A DNA stretch of 64,000 nucleotides. Origin: a virus. The first letter of the stretch is position 1; each line of letters starts with the position of its first letter. Of the stretch, positions 45,001 through 53,391 are shown in pieces. The position numbers were made by a program, and so were the translations under genes. The stretch lies in IMG/VR virus record IMGVR_UViG_3300027895_000001, positions 1 through 64,000 of that record; one strand, given 5' to 3'. The notes under the pieces were generated by a model. The model was not told the origin of the DNA and searched no databases. It saw only the letters and a program-made list of their open reading frames with translations.

Positions 45001-46012
45001 CACGATCGGCCAGCGCGTCCTGCTGAAGAATCAATCCTCGGCGTTTCAGAATGGTATCTACATTGCTACCGTGGTCGGCACGACTGGCATCTCGCCTGTG
45101 TTCACCCGCGCCCTCGACTACGATCAGCCATCCGATATGAACAACACGGGCTCGATCCCGGTGCAGTCGGGCACGGTGAACGCAGCGACCTCATGGCTTC
45201 AGACTTCCACAGTGAATACGGTCGGTACGGACGCGGTGACCTTTACGCAGTTCAGCGTTAGCCCGTCCAACTTGGTCACCGCAGCGTCTCCGGGTGTTGG
45301 AATTGCCCACTTCGCAGGTTCGACGCAGGCTGTAACCTCCAGCCTGATCGTGGCTGCCGACATTACCGCCAACACGATCACCTCTTCCCAAGTTAATTCA
45401 ACCGTGGTCACCGATGTAGGCAACACGACCACTACTGCCAACAAGATGGCGACAAGCACGACCACAGCGGGCCTGATTAACTTCGTTGATTTTCCTGATG
45501 TGAAAATAGTTCCGGCTGTGAACTGCGTGAATGCGGTCGCCGGGTCCGCTTGGAACACCACCCTGACTCCAGCCTGCATCGGAGGCGCTAACAATCTTGG
45601 AGGCTATCTACCGTTCGTGGATGCTTCAGTGGCTCAGTTCGAATACGAACTGCCCTTGGATTGGGATACGGCTACTCAGCCCTATATCTCCGTCCACTTT
45701 CTCTCAAATACAAACACTAGTGGCACGGTGATCTTCCAAGCTGCTGTTGCCTGCTATAAATCGGATGGGTCAACTACATCCGATCCAACGTTTAATACCG
45801 CCGATGTGATGACAACTAAGACGATGGCTACCGCTACGCGCGGCTGGTCTACCAGTGTGCAGTCAACACAGGTAACAAGTGGAAACAGTTGTGTTCCCGG
45901 CGGCACGATGCTCATCAAAATCACCCGCAATACCGATACGGCTGCGGCGGCTGTCTGGGTGACGAAGGCCGTGATTACAACTCCGAGACTGACAACGGTG
46001 CAGGCAAATTGA
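39026..46012 (+). CDS. giant tail-fibre/tailspike-like protein with two beta-helix regions and a signal-peptide-like N-terminus
   Basis: - ATG 39026: TGATG junction, GGAGG 9 nt upstream.
- N-terminus MRRLWLPLLPLAFLLLPPHAAAQ.
- Fibre-type motifs ITGNAATATAL and NPMTTLGDMIYENGTPTAARLAGS.
- Beta-helix-like stretches near aa 180-400 and 980-1350. Confidence 0.8.
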   Translation: MRRLWLPLLPLAFLLLPPHAAAQSVGSFQQWCVAGGQMVGVSGIQSVNPFQASYPRCQVNVYLTGTTTTATIYSTSTLTPLQNPFCANLDGSFLFYASQSGQYDVVMSNSNACNPPPTYAQLPASFTFFDAAVSGTGGGGGGNVPVGPQYTYPISTGIGFTSQVPVFADTANSSIVADGTTDTCTTFQAWINAHPGQRLMVRKVAAATQGGGTASTIDYYSSCTLHLTYNGTVLEGVPNDDWQGAPVILFAAGVTGIQIDPSCFGCAIKNMEIAGGGKPYASGLACYNSNNTLLFPFTGSADGILVYGGEPTIEHTIAECFTRDAIHIDGTNVSLNGYVGQPDYWKVLYGQGNSSQHSGLYIHGGDTNDGSETLFNTYGNGGTGVEDDSTSSTSHRNTGTQGNGRDANIAAQPVSNLSSISCTTFTCSVVTAAPVTGIQSSIWVVIAGTTNYNGVHYVTGYNDSQHFSFAWVAPSAAAETSGTVGVDGSTHMFANAVRTVSDAACTGSQTLLTSQSAQFGKDTQVGATINIAGAGSAGSLLSTTIASVTNEYSVTLAVNCATTVSSAQASFGGGISHTPIMANGNSTWISPYWESNQPTANMAGTTVIIGGNLSTNGSYGTPLTFQSISSGYGVLTTQNLEIVDPVNSAGGAQVQCGLNANQDCGFTIFNYNQSAQWKMYAVGSSNDQEFFIRDGSSGGVIPFQTTHGSTTGIVAATNIFLTAGVGYQIQTANQIASTLIGSPPFVVASNIAVANLNASLLLGGTWASPGAAIGTGTAVAGTFTALTDTALAAGVGNCVQVGTGGLFTYTASPCGSSGGSVTTTGSPSNGELTKFTGASSISNGNLSGDATTSNTLVVTVVGLNGTNLGGLATGLLKNTTSTGVPTIAVAGTDYVIPSGSITGNAATATALSAYTGYSIYGSAATTGSWITPTANGQCLMSGASSYASTIPSFQSCPGGGGGGMTWPTNAGIAVYAGSSAWGPSITTLVPVPPGSSQSAIQALLSAASPGEELLFSDTYTACGLTLSVSDVTLYGLNQDGTSIQCATASSPVLTVSGSGDQVDGMTFKHITNSPTCPGGNGTSTCGDGLQIAGGASRAKIINVHTNFNYNGIALGYTTYSEYSNSVSEYNNNHGVVFVMSSSTPNMQWQVSRILSEQNLGNGFDMTCPASFSSIHTPGPYFTGWTTTYGNAGYGYNFSCSAATASGISDVWMSAVFASTNNNSGFNFDFGSNGGRNNIVSGVYSEQNGAYTGPAGFAQTTQSASNVGSGINITSACDNTTPPSITGGVTWQNSYSGITTACPGTSISNISAFDNGFASASPQTEAGVTINATNVQVNGGYLKKGTTEIYGVYVQSGDTPSIFTTCDSSISVGNCVYSGSQPTNGYQQRFGQARYITGTGVPGMTCTNGDKYERTDAGNFATDYSCSNNAWTTGSGGGFTNPMTTLGDMIYENGTPTAARLAGSTSATMAALTQTGTGSISAVPAWILYVGGGTNPVAATVSGAAQGQILVYNSSGVLINAYSGVNVDSQTGNYALSCPLDRLGEIEFNISAPATLTLPQVGSTACLGSNIAFAVRNTASSTATLTITATTSTFQPENVASHTILPGAGLLVYSDASSGTGNYHALEAPASFGGVNTQTGTYTLNAGDRNKMILMNCSSSCSVILPATPPNSSWTAWISSIGSTTPTVSLNGLNYNGGASAPILLKYVPIAVRTDGSNYFGDAPLVAGTGISFGNAGNGLTINVGSFPLSSLTAIANNTLVANFTSGSASPVAYAMASCSGSNDAEIYTTNTGLGCGTNFAQLNVVETFSALQTFGAFASIGATAHGVLLSENTGAVVATAAGTSGYPLLSGGSIADGAYAQLAIGGIATSSINGTDTKLQSGTGSYTTSNMACGDANGGVTPCTTTPTDMVLGNGVTATTQTAGDASTLVATDAFVATGISNAIAAVNPAVAVLAASTASLIGTYANGASGVGATFTVTATGAFTLDGVSIGTIGQRVLLKNQSSAFQNGIYIATVVGTTGISPVFTRALDYDQPSDMNNTGSIPVQSGTVNAATSWLQTSTVNTVGTDAVTFTQFSVSPSNLVTAASPGVGIAHFAGSTQAVTSSLIVAADITANTITSSQVNSTVVTDVGNTTTTANKMATSTTTAGLINFVDFPDVKIVPAVNCVNAVAGSAWNTTLTPACIGGANNLGGYLPFVDASVAQFEYELPLDWDTATQPYISVHFLSNTNTSGTVIFQAAVACYKSDGSTTSDPTFNTADVMTTKTMATATRGWSTSVQSTQVTSGNSCVPGGTMLIKITRNTDTAAAAVWVTKAVITTPRLTTVQAN

Positions 46013-47790
46013 TGCGACGACTATTACTCATATTAGTATTGCTGTGCTCGCTGCCGTCTTGGGCAACGTGGACTAAAACTAATCAGGGGGTGTCCACTTA
46101 TACGGGCACAGGTACGACTGCTAAGTCCGCAGCGGCATTCAGTTCTGCTCTGAACAATCCCAGTCTTATTGTCGTTAGATGCTTGGCACTGGTTCCGTTT
46201 TCTACCTCAGGATCAACAACTGTATTCGCCGTTCCGACCGACACGGCTGGGAATACTTACGTGGACATTCAAGTAGGTCTAACTGGATTCGATACTACGC
46301 AGCAAACGATAGAGACGTTTTACGCTCTGAACACACATACGACGGCCAGCAATGTTGTGACGTGTCACAGCAATGCCGGTAGTCTGACATTCTTTTCTAC
46401 CATAGCCACGGAATTTACCGGTGGGGCTACCTCCGGTCCAATAGACACCAAGTTCTACAACAACGAGCAAACGTCTGGCGCGTCCGGCTCAAACTCGTTG
46501 GTACTTGGCGCTCAGTCTCAGTGGCCCCCCACTGTTAACGGGGACTTGATCGTCGCGGTATTCGGCAACGGCAACGATGGCGGCTTGAGCGCAGGCACTT
46601 CGCCGAACGCCTTTACGCAGATTTCTAATTCTGCGGGCGAGTTTGAATATTTCGTGCAGACGACCGCCGCCGCGATTCAGCCGACTGCCGGCGATACAAA
46701 CTCCAGCGATCTGTGGGGCGGCATGTGGGTGGCCTTTACTCCGAGTGGAACGTCCGCCAAACCGACCAACCAATTCAGAAATGACGTATGCACACAGGCG
46801 GACGGAACGTCGCTTTCGAATAACTGGATACTGAAGCACTGTCAACAGGTGACCAGTGATGGTCTAAACACGCTTAGTTCGCAAATGACATTGCTAACTA
46901 ATCCCACTGTTGGCGACCTCCTAGTGTGGTATAACGAAACCTTCCCACAAAACGGCAAGGTAACGACGGCGGATAGTCTCGGCAATGTGGCTACAGGCAA
47001 GGTGACCCAAACCGCTCCACACACGATTACATTTTCAAGCGGCATACCATTTTCGATGGCTGGATGCAGTTCATCCTCGGGAAGTTCTTGTGACTGGAAC
47101 GGAAAGACTATTGTAGTCAATGGATCGTCTCTGACGATCAATGCGGTCAGTTCCTTTACCAGTTTGACAGTGACCAACACGATCTCAACGAATGCTACCC
47201 CGGTGGCATATACCGGCCCCGGCCCCTCGTGCACCGATGTAGAACCTCTCCAAGCTATCAGCCTGTCTGCATGTATGGCCTTCGTACAGAATACGGGAAC
47301 GGATGTGGTAACGGTAACCACTACCGGAGTCAGCAATTTTGATGTGGGCACTGTATCAATAGAACTAGCTTATAACGGCGGGGTAGTAACCGGACTGGAT
47401 ACAGGGGCCTGCACGAATGCGAATTGTCTAGCTTCCACTACGACCAGCAACGGGACCACTGGAGTATTCTCGCAAACCATGACCTTGAGTGGGGTAGGGG
47501 AGTTGGTGATGACGGCAGGAGATGGAGTCAATGGTCCAATCGGACCCGGCAGCGGATTCTCTGGGTTGGTTATAGGATCGACCAGTGGAACTCTGTCCAA
47601 TCCCTACTGCACGGGTTCGTCTCCTTTCTGTCTGAATGGAGTAAATAGTGCCGCTAAGTCCTCGGCGTCTTCAGGGAGTTTTACCGCCAGCTTAATTGAC
47701 GCTAGTTTGGGAGATGACGTGGTGATCGAGTCTCTTGCCTTTACGGGAGCTTCAACCACTTCTCCCTACATGCCTCCGGTGGTGTATTAA
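46012..47790 (+). CDS. fibre-associated protein with signal-peptide-like N-terminus
   Basis: ATG 46012 (TGATG junction). N-terminus MRRLLLILVLLCSLPSWATW. Ser/Thr/Gly-rich and beta-type. Confidence 0.65.
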   Translation: MRRLLLILVLLCSLPSWATWTKTNQGVSTYTGTGTTAKSAAAFSSALNNPSLIVVRCLALVPFSTSGSTTVFAVPTDTAGNTYVDIQVGLTGFDTTQQTIETFYALNTHTTASNVVTCHSNAGSLTFFSTIATEFTGGATSGPIDTKFYNNEQTSGASGSNSLVLGAQSQWPPTVNGDLIVAVFGNGNDGGLSAGTSPNAFTQISNSAGEFEYFVQTTAAAIQPTAGDTNSSDLWGGMWVAFTPSGTSAKPTNQFRNDVCTQADGTSLSNNWILKHCQQVTSDGLNTLSSQMTLLTNPTVGDLLVWYNETFPQNGKVTTADSLGNVATGKVTQTAPHTITFSSGIPFSMAGCSSSSGSSCDWNGKTIVVNGSSLTINAVSSFTSLTVTNTISTNATPVAYTGPGPSCTDVEPLQAISLSACMAFVQNTGTDVVTVTTTGVSNFDVGTVSIELAYNGGVVTGLDTGACTNANCLASTTTSNGTTGVFSQTMTLSGVGELVMTAGDGVNGPIGPGSGFSGLVIGSTSGTLSNPYCTGSSPFCLNGVNSAAKSSASSGSFTASLIDASLGDDVVIESLAFTGASTTSPYMPPVVY

Positions 47791-50700
47791 ATGCGTCATC
47801 TACTCATCATCGTCGCTTTGATGGGTTCGGCGTTCGGAACCTGCCATACGGTTAGCCCGGCGGGTACTGGAACGAAATCTGGAGCAGACTGGAACAATAC
47901 AATGCAGTGGTCCGCGATTACATTTACACGCGGAGATTCTTATTATTTGCAAGTCGGAAGCTATGGGAGTCGGACGTTCTCAGTGGCAGATAGCGGCACC
48001 AGCATAATCACGATCAAGGCCGTGACATCCAGCGACAATTGCACTTCGACCGGATTCAATGCAGGTACGATGGTCGGCCAAGCGGTGTTCACGGCTCCGC
48101 TGTCGTTTGCCACGGATTATTGGGTTCTTACTGGAGTCTATCGCAGTACTGCCACAGGCAACCCAATGATCGACTGGGTGCTTGAATCCGGTTACGGATT
48201 CAAAATCAATAATCAAGTTGCGCAATCCGGCACGAGTATAAACGGCGGCAGTGGTTACAGCGGAGCCACCTGCGGAAGTCTGTCAGCATGCAGCGCGGCA
48301 GGAATGTTCGTTCACGACATCACGCTATCCTATTTGGACATCAATGGAGCACATACCAAGACGGACGCAGGGGACATCGACAACGGCATTGACTTCGAGG
48401 GTGGATCATACAACATCGACTACTCGCATATCTATCTTCACGACGCCGCTGTGCCATTCTTCTTGCGAGGCAATCACGCGGATCAAGCTGGAGGGGGCTA
48501 TTGGTTTGGAACAGGAGATAGTAACACGGTTGAATATACCTATGTCCAAAACAATTACAGTTCTCCCACTTATCACAGCGAGGCGTGTTCCTGCTCGGAA
48601 GGGCTGACCAACTTTACCTGGCGTTATAACGTGACCGACCAGATTGGCGGAGTCGGAAGCAATGGAGCCACGGCTCACCTCGGCACCGCATCCGGCGCGG
48701 ATTACAACAGTGGCAACGGCATCAATGGTCCCTGGTTCATATACGGGAACATCTTTACCTGCTCATCGACGAACGCTAATCAGAACTGCGCTGTCGGAGA
48801 CGGGGCACTGGCGATCTGGGACGCATCCTTCACGGACGGAACAGTCTATTTTCTCAACAATACCATTTATGACATTGGCCCTCATAGTCTTGAAGGCGCG
48901 TTCGGCATCGGGCTGGCATACACGACGCCTTTCACCACAATGGTGGTTGAAAACAATCTGTTCTACGACAACGATCCCATGTCGGTGATCGCCAACGGTA
49001 CGACCAGCTACAACGGAGCGACATTCAGTCCGGGAGTCACTTGGGGATACAACGCTTACTTTGATACTCCGAGTGCGGGATCGTCCGACGCGGACAGCCA
49101 TAAACAGGTGTCGGCTACAAATCCGTTCAATAATAGCGGGGCGTGTTGTTCTTTGACCTCCGATACCATGGCGGGGATCAATACAGGTAGCGTGCTTGCC
49201 GCAAATAATACGGACATGCTTGGCGTGACGCGCGGCGCGAATGGAACTATTGACCGGGGAGCATTGCAGATCTCAGGTGCCTCCCCTATCTACTCCGCGC
49301 GCACGGATCTCAACGTGGCCAAACTCGGCCCCATTGTCCCCAACGTCGGTAATCTCGTAGGCGCCGGCACGGCGGTCACGGACGACATGGGTAACAACCT
49401 TCGCACCCTGCGCCTGTCGGACGCGAACTTCGATTCCGCGTCGAATCCGAACGACAGTTACACGACGGCTGCGTCCGGCTCCGGTGACATGAACATCTTC
49501 TCGAAGCCGTTCACCTACCAGGGCCATACTCACGCGCTGATGTGCATTCAGGAGTCGGGCACACTCTCCTACTTCGTGGACGTGGACGAACTGACGCTGG
49601 CGATCACGCGACCGTATACGTCCGGCTCGGCTCACGGAGGGCTGACCGGACCAGCCGCTACCTGCTCATGGGGCCACACGAATTACAAGGCGTATTTCAT
49701 TCACGGAAATACGCTGTGCGCGTTCGACTTCACGAACTGGGTAAGTGGATCGCGGCTAACCGCGCCAAGCTGCACCGTCCTGTTCGATTTCACGGAGCAG
49801 ACGAACGGCCTACCCAACTACAATCCCGGCGTCTACAACTGTCTGCCGTCTTCCGCCTATGGCTCACCAACGTGGGTGGACGACACGTCGTCGACGAACG
49901 ACGACCAACTATTCGCGAGCGCGTGGTCCGTGTCGGGGTCGCAGGGCACGGGATTCATCTTCGCCGTCTATAAAGTCGGCTCAGGGTGTTGGGCGATCAA
50001 CACGGAGACGGGCGTCGTTACGGGAGATTGGGGCACGACAGGCACGGCCACGCTCCCGGTCGCTGGGGGGTGGTTTATTCACTCCCAGAAGCTATCCCAC
50101 AACGATACCTACGGCATCATCGACTGCACCGGCAATGGCAACGGTTGCACGGGATTGCCGTTTATAGTCCAGATTGGGACACTGAACGTCTTTGCCGCGA
50201 CGCAGACGCCGAACTCCGGTGGGCATACAGTCACCGGTAATCTGACATTTATCAATAACTACAACTCACCCATCGGCCAGCAGGCCAAAAGATCGCTCAC
50301 AAGCGTGAGCAGTCCATCGAATCTCTACGCTTCGAATCAAATCCCCAGTGGGATTGGTGTCACCTTTGATCTCCATCAGGGCTGGAATAACGTCGATGCT
50401 TTGGATTCTCTACCGTTCTTTCAAACGACGTGGCGGCCGAGTCAGGACACGGTTTGTGGTGTGGTGAGCACTTCAGGACAGAATGTAACGTTGCTTGCTG
50501 GGCATGTATTCACGACTTCGTGGACCGGATCGGTGGACATCGGTGGCCAGGCGTATACGATCTCGACGGTGCCGACCACGGGCACGATGACCACGACGAC
50601 CGCGCCACCAACGACCGCCAACACGACTTACTGCTACCCTGCCATATCCTTCGGTTGGATCATGGAGGTGCAGGCGGTGGTGCCGGGGACGGGAGTAACA

Positions 50701-50988
50701 TACCGCTTCGGCCATTGCAACAATACCGGCTCCGACGCGCGGTTCTTCACCACGCAGGAGTGCATCGGGGAGATTTCGCAGGACGGCAACCTCTATGCGT
50801 TCACCTCCGACTGGCTTGGTACGCTAGGGTCCAGTTCTGGTGGGACGACTTGCACCACAACTTCTAATTGCCGCTCGGACGTGTTCGTGACACAATTGCA
50901 GCCATTCGTCGTCGCTCCGGTAACTGGGGTGGGAGCGACAATAGCCGACAACGAATCGAAACAGATTTCACATGGAGGGACGCAATGA
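47791..50988 (+). CDS. right-handed beta-helix (pectate-lyase-fold-like) protein with signal-peptide-like N-terminus, depolymerase candidate
   Basis: N-terminus MRHLLIIVALMGSAFGTC. CHTVSPAGTGTKSGADWNN start typical of beta-helix proteins. NNTIYD / ENNLFYDN repeat-like elements. Confidence 0.7.
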   Translation: MRHLLIIVALMGSAFGTCHTVSPAGTGTKSGADWNNTMQWSAITFTRGDSYYLQVGSYGSRTFSVADSGTSIITIKAVTSSDNCTSTGFNAGTMVGQAVFTAPLSFATDYWVLTGVYRSTATGNPMIDWVLESGYGFKINNQVAQSGTSINGGSGYSGATCGSLSACSAAGMFVHDITLSYLDINGAHTKTDAGDIDNGIDFEGGSYNIDYSHIYLHDAAVPFFLRGNHADQAGGGYWFGTGDSNTVEYTYVQNNYSSPTYHSEACSCSEGLTNFTWRYNVTDQIGGVGSNGATAHLGTASGADYNSGNGINGPWFIYGNIFTCSSTNANQNCAVGDGALAIWDASFTDGTVYFLNNTIYDIGPHSLEGAFGIGLAYTTPFTTMVVENNLFYDNDPMSVIANGTTSYNGATFSPGVTWGYNAYFDTPSAGSSDADSHKQVSATNPFNNSGACCSLTSDTMAGINTGSVLAANNTDMLGVTRGANGTIDRGALQISGASPIYSARTDLNVAKLGPIVPNVGNLVGAGTAVTDDMGNNLRTLRLSDANFDSASNPNDSYTTAASGSGDMNIFSKPFTYQGHTHALMCIQESGTLSYFVDVDELTLAITRPYTSGSAHGGLTGPAATCSWGHTNYKAYFIHGNTLCAFDFTNWVSGSRLTAPSCTVLFDFTEQTNGLPNYNPGVYNCLPSSAYGSPTWVDDTSSTNDDQLFASAWSVSGSQGTGFIFAVYKVGSGCWAINTETGVVTGDWGTTGTATLPVAGGWFIHSQKLSHNDTYGIIDCTGNGNGCTGLPFIVQIGTLNVFAATQTPNSGGHTVTGNLTFINNYNSPIGQQAKRSLTSVSSPSNLYASNQIPSGIGVTFDLHQGWNNVDALDSLPFFQTTWRPSQDTVCGVVSTSGQNVTLLAGHVFTTSWTGSVDIGGQAYTISTVPTTGTMTTTTAPPTTANTTYCYPAISFGWIMEVQAVVPGTGVTYRFGHCNNTGSDARFFTTQECIGEISQDGNLYAFTSDWLGTLGSSSGGTTCTTTSNCRSDVFVTQLQPFVVAPVTGVGATIADNESKQISHGGTQ

Positions 50989-51395
50989 GACTACTTCGCG
51001 CCGTACCGCTAGTGTTTGCGTTGATGTATTCGTGCCACGCACAGAACGGGCCTTCACAGCCGTCTGTAGTGCTCACATGGACACAATCCACCACAGCAGG
51101 CGTGACCAAGAACTGTGTGTACCGAGGCACGGCTTCAGGGACGTATGTGCTGCCGGGTACGTGCATTCCTGTGGCCACAACTTATACGGACACGACTCCT
51201 ACGGCCGGGACGACTTATTACTATGCCGTCACCGCGCAAGTCTCTGGCGTTGAGAGTGCGTATTCGACTCCAGTGCAGGTAGCGGTCCCGGCGAATCCAG
51301 CCGCGCCAACGGGACTGGCTGCGCCAACGGTTGCGAAGAATGAAGAGGGCAACGGGATCGTAGTGCAGGCGAAGGTCGAATGGAAGAAACCATAA
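50985..51395 (+). CDS. fibronectin type III domain protein with signal-peptide-like N-terminus
   Basis: ATGA overlap, GGAGGG RBS. N-terminus MRLLRAVPLVFALMYSCHAQ. FN3 pattern LTWTQS...YRGTASGTY...TTYYYAVTAQVSGVESAYS. Confidence 0.65.
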   Translation: MRLLRAVPLVFALMYSCHAQNGPSQPSVVLTWTQSTTAGVTKNCVYRGTASGTYVLPGTCIPVATTYTDTTPTAGTTYYYAVTAQVSGVESAYSTPVQVAVPANPAAPTGLAAPTVAKNEEGNGIVVQAKVEWKKP

Positions 51396-51407
51396 AGGGG
51401 GATCGCG

Positions 51408-51890
51408 ATGAACTGGCACGAGATATGGTTGTGGTTATGGTTCATGCTCGGAATGTTCACCTATTGGCTGAAGCGGGCCTACTATGGCATCAATCCGCCG
51501 AATCCGGTCGCTACTGGATATCTCAACTATGTTCAGCGGTCATGGGTGCCGCTGCTCGTGCGTGCCTTCCTTGAGAGCCTTATATTCTGGATCATGTTCA
51601 CGCCCGGACTCGCCGACCAAGTGCTGGGGTATTTCGGCTGGACGAGTTACGCGTCTGTGGTGCAACTAACAACGCGAAATGCGCCCGTCGCCGCAGTGTT
51701 CGGCCATACACTCGATTCGATTACAGATTTCGCAGTGAGCAAGATCCCGTTCATCAATGGTATGTTGCCGCAGATGCCGGGGCCGCTGCCACAACAAGCC
51801 ATCGTCCAAGCGGAGATTGTGAAACAGACTACGCAGGTAACGCAACTCCAAACCACAACCACAACCGTCCCACCGGAGGCTACAAAATGA
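51408..51890 (+). CDS. multi-pass membrane protein (holin candidate)
   Basis: AAGGGGG RBS. Hydrophobic segments IWLWLWFMLGMFTYWL and WVPLLVRAFLESLIFWIMF. Confidence 0.5.
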   Translation: MNWHEIWLWLWFMLGMFTYWLKRAYYGINPPNPVATGYLNYVQRSWVPLLVRAFLESLIFWIMFTPGLADQVLGYFGWTSYASVVQLTTRNAPVAAVFGHTLDSITDFAVSKIPFINGMLPQMPGPLPQQAIVQAEIVKQTTQVTQLQTTTTTVPPEATK

Positions 51891-52042
51891 TCTCTATCAT
51901 ATTGCTCGTGTTCGCATTCGTGCTCGCATGCGTGGCGTCAAGATGGAACCCGCCAAACTGGGCGCTGGGGTGGCTGGCGTTCGCCTGCTACATCCTGAGC
52001 CTGTTGCTGGGCGGTAACGGACTGGGATCGCATTTTCACTGA
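51887..52042 (+). CDS. small two-TM membrane protein (51 aa)
   Basis: Not in the track. ATGA overlap. Reads MISIILLVFAFVLACVASRWNPPNWALGWLAFACYILSLLLGGNGLGSHFH. Confidence 0.4.
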   Translation: MISIILLVFAFVLACVASRWNPPNWALGWLAFACYILSLLLGGNGLGSHFH

Positions 52043-52046
52043 TCTA

Positions 52047-52433
52047 ATGGCGGAAACCGTCAATCAATCGAACGAAGGTTCAGTAGCTCGCATCTCAGTA
52101 CTGGAGGAGCGGGTCTCTGGCGTCAAAGAGGTTATGGATGAGAGGGATCGTCGCTATGAATCCCGCTTCACGGCGATGGACGAGAAAACCTCTTTGGCTC
52201 TTAACTCCAGCGAAAAGGCGGTTACTAAAGCTGAAGTCGCGCAGGAGAAACGCTTCGACAATACGAACGAATGGCGTGCTGCAATGCAGGACCGGGACCG
52301 GAACCAAATGCCAAGAGTCGAAATCGAACAACGATTCTCGGCCATGAAAACGCAACAGAACTGGACCATCGGGATATGTATTACTTTATTTCTCGGTATA
52401 GCAGGACTGTTAATGACCCTACTGAGGCACTAG
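52047..52433 (+). CDS. coiled-coil protein with C-terminal TM anchor
   Basis: 128 aa; C-terminus WTIGICITLFLGIAGLLMTLL. Confidence 0.55.
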   Translation: MAETVNQSNEGSVARISVLEERVSGVKEVMDERDRRYESRFTAMDEKTSLALNSSEKAVTKAEVAQEKRFDNTNEWRAAMQDRDRNQMPRVEIEQRFSAMKTQQNWTIGICITLFLGIAGLLMTLLRH

Positions 52434-52442
52434 CGCGATGAT

Positions 52443-52610
52443 ATGCCCGACACCCCAGAGCGCCGTAGCCGAGAGCGGTTGGAACTCGAACTGCGCGAAC
52501 TGGAGCACTGGCTCGTCGTGTGCAAGGGTATGGCGGAACTGAGTCAATACGTGCCGATCATCACAGGCAGGATTAACGTCTTGAAGAATACTTTGGAGAA
52601 ACTAAAATGA
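52443..52610 (+). CDS. hypothetical small helical protein
   Basis: Not in the track. Reads MPDTPERRSRERLELELRELEHW.... The stop overlaps the next ATG (ATGA 52607-52610). Confidence 0.4.
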   Translation: MPDTPERRSRERLELELRELEHWLVVCKGMAELSQYVPIITGRINVLKNTLEKLK

Positions 52611-53314
52611 GCGCACCCGCAGGAATGACCGACATTCGAGAATACATGCAGCCCGACGATTCGTGGTCGTCGGAATTTCACTTGGCCGTCGCTGGGGCTG
52701 GAGGCCAGCCGGAGTACACGATTGTCCAGAATGGCATGATCTGGGACATGAAAGGCGCGAAGGGATTTCCGTGGGATGGCAATTCCTTCGACGAGGCGTA
52801 CATCTACCAGTCGATCACGGAGGTCGATCCTACGTCGTGGACCGATCCGACTGCGTTCAAGATATTCGCCTCGAAGTCATGGCCGGGGAAAAACGGTGCA
52901 ATCGCCTGGGCTCCGCGCTATTTCCTCGAAGGCGGATTCAATCCGCCGATCATCACACCGGACTCGACATTCCGCATCTATCCTGGCAATGGAGCCGCGT
53001 TCACGACTGCCACTTTGGGCGGCCCGATTATGACTAAGGTGGAGGGTCCGTACTTGATCAACTTCGGCGGCGACCTCGGCGTCCGGAACGCGATCATACA
53101 GAGTTACTTCTGGGGGGCGGGATTTGCCAACATGGAGAAGAACTACTTCATTATGACCGCGCCGGGGCAGCCCAGCGGGCACTGCCAGTGGGAACTGTGG
53201 AAGCTAACGAACGGAGTCTATGTGTTGAGCCAAACGAGCGCGTTCAATACGATCGTGGCAGGCGGAGCTCCGGCGCTGGACTTCCCCTCCGCGATGCCGT
53301 CAATACTGCCGTAG
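52607..53314 (+). CDS. hypothetical protein
   Basis: 235-aa track ORF; no motif recognised. Confidence 0.6.
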   Translation: MSAPAGMTDIREYMQPDDSWSSEFHLAVAGAGGQPEYTIVQNGMIWDMKGAKGFPWDGNSFDEAYIYQSITEVDPTSWTDPTAFKIFASKSWPGKNGAIAWAPRYFLEGGFNPPIITPDSTFRIYPGNGAAFTTATLGGPIMTKVEGPYLINFGGDLGVRNAIIQSYFWGAGFANMEKNYFIMTAPGQPSGHCQWELWKLTNGVYVLSQTSAFNTIVAGGAPALDFPSAMPSILP

Positions 53315-53391
53315 GAGGCTTGTCCCGATTTCGTAACAAGAACAGAAGTGCCTACTTCGAGGCTCGGGAAGGGATAGAAAGGAAGGCGTGG

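Noticed and set aside
39026-46012. Tape-measure protein interpretation of the 2328-aa ORF
   Set aside because: The composition is Gly/Ser/Thr-rich and beta-type, not helical. It has fibre and beta-helix motifs, and there are no tail tube, chaperone-frameshift or sheath genes nearby.
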